A stretch of 60,620 bases of DNA, counting the filler, from Schmidtea polychroa (Eukaryota), in assembly GCA_044892525.1 (NCBI GenBank). It is 5 parts of 3 records of this genome, joined end to end, with 100 filler letters (N's around TTAATTAATTAA, not from the genome) between each part and the next. Parts side by side here need not be neighbours in the genome. Positions count along the whole stretch, not along the records: positions 51,882 to 60,620 come from CM097888.1; 4 more parts are not named here. One strand, 5' to 3'. The position numbers and the translations under genes are program-made. This document shows positions 60,368 to 60,620 of the stretch, piece by piece (position 1 is the stretch's first letter; each line of letters begins with the position of its first letter). The notes under the pieces were generated by a model that worked only from the letters and a program-made list of their open reading frames with translations, had not been told where the DNA came from and did no database searches.

Positions 60368-60620
60368 TTAGAAAAAGAGAGAGACAACTTCCTATTAAAA
60401 ATAATGCATTTAATCGACTCAGAATTGCAGGAATAATAGGAGCTCCCATCCTGCCCTCTACCCCCCCCCCCCCCCCCATCTGTAGAAGTTGCTGCAAAAC
60501 GAAACATAAGAATAACATCTGTTCATTCATTCCATCTCATTGCGACAATTTTCACAAATATTTTATCTTCAATACTTCTCAGGGATTCAGGGAGTCTGGA
60601 TAAATATTATTAATTCCATT

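Overview
AT-rich, transposon-dense eukaryotic (animal) genomic DNA with mostly tiny 42-63 nt GT-AG introns and the standard genetic code. It resembles a genome-reduced invertebrate parasite such as a dicyemid, orthonectid or myxozoan; this is inference and the taxon cannot be fixed from this window. Four identical 100-nt spacers (44 N + TTAATTAATTAA + 44 N) are artificial joins, so adjacency across them is unreliable. Host genes: FAM136A, ICT1/MRPL58, TRIAP1, the 5' end of VPS13D, two internal exons of HUWE1, an intronless double-RING protein, a TGR-like glutaredoxin exon, two recently duplicated TRAF genes and a GC-rich degenerate SET-PHD gene. Mobile DNA: one intact LTR retrotransposon nested in a Mutator-like element that is itself inside Maverick/Polinton relics, plus pogo, hAT, Buster, Merlin, Penelope-like, NeSL/R2-like and Gypsy relics, several MITEs and an orphan 28S rRNA fragment. 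Best leads: (1) TRAF paralogues whose divergence is almost entirely non-synonymous and confined to the MATH receptor-binding groove; (2) an unannotated ~150-nt structured RNA with a cUUCGg tetraloop and C/D-like boxes inside an apparent non-coding host intron; (3) a pseudo-SET-PHD protein; (4) splice acceptors just before start codons plus a tight TRIAP1-VPS13D spacing, suggesting trans-splicing or operons. All counts are manual and should be verified computationally.
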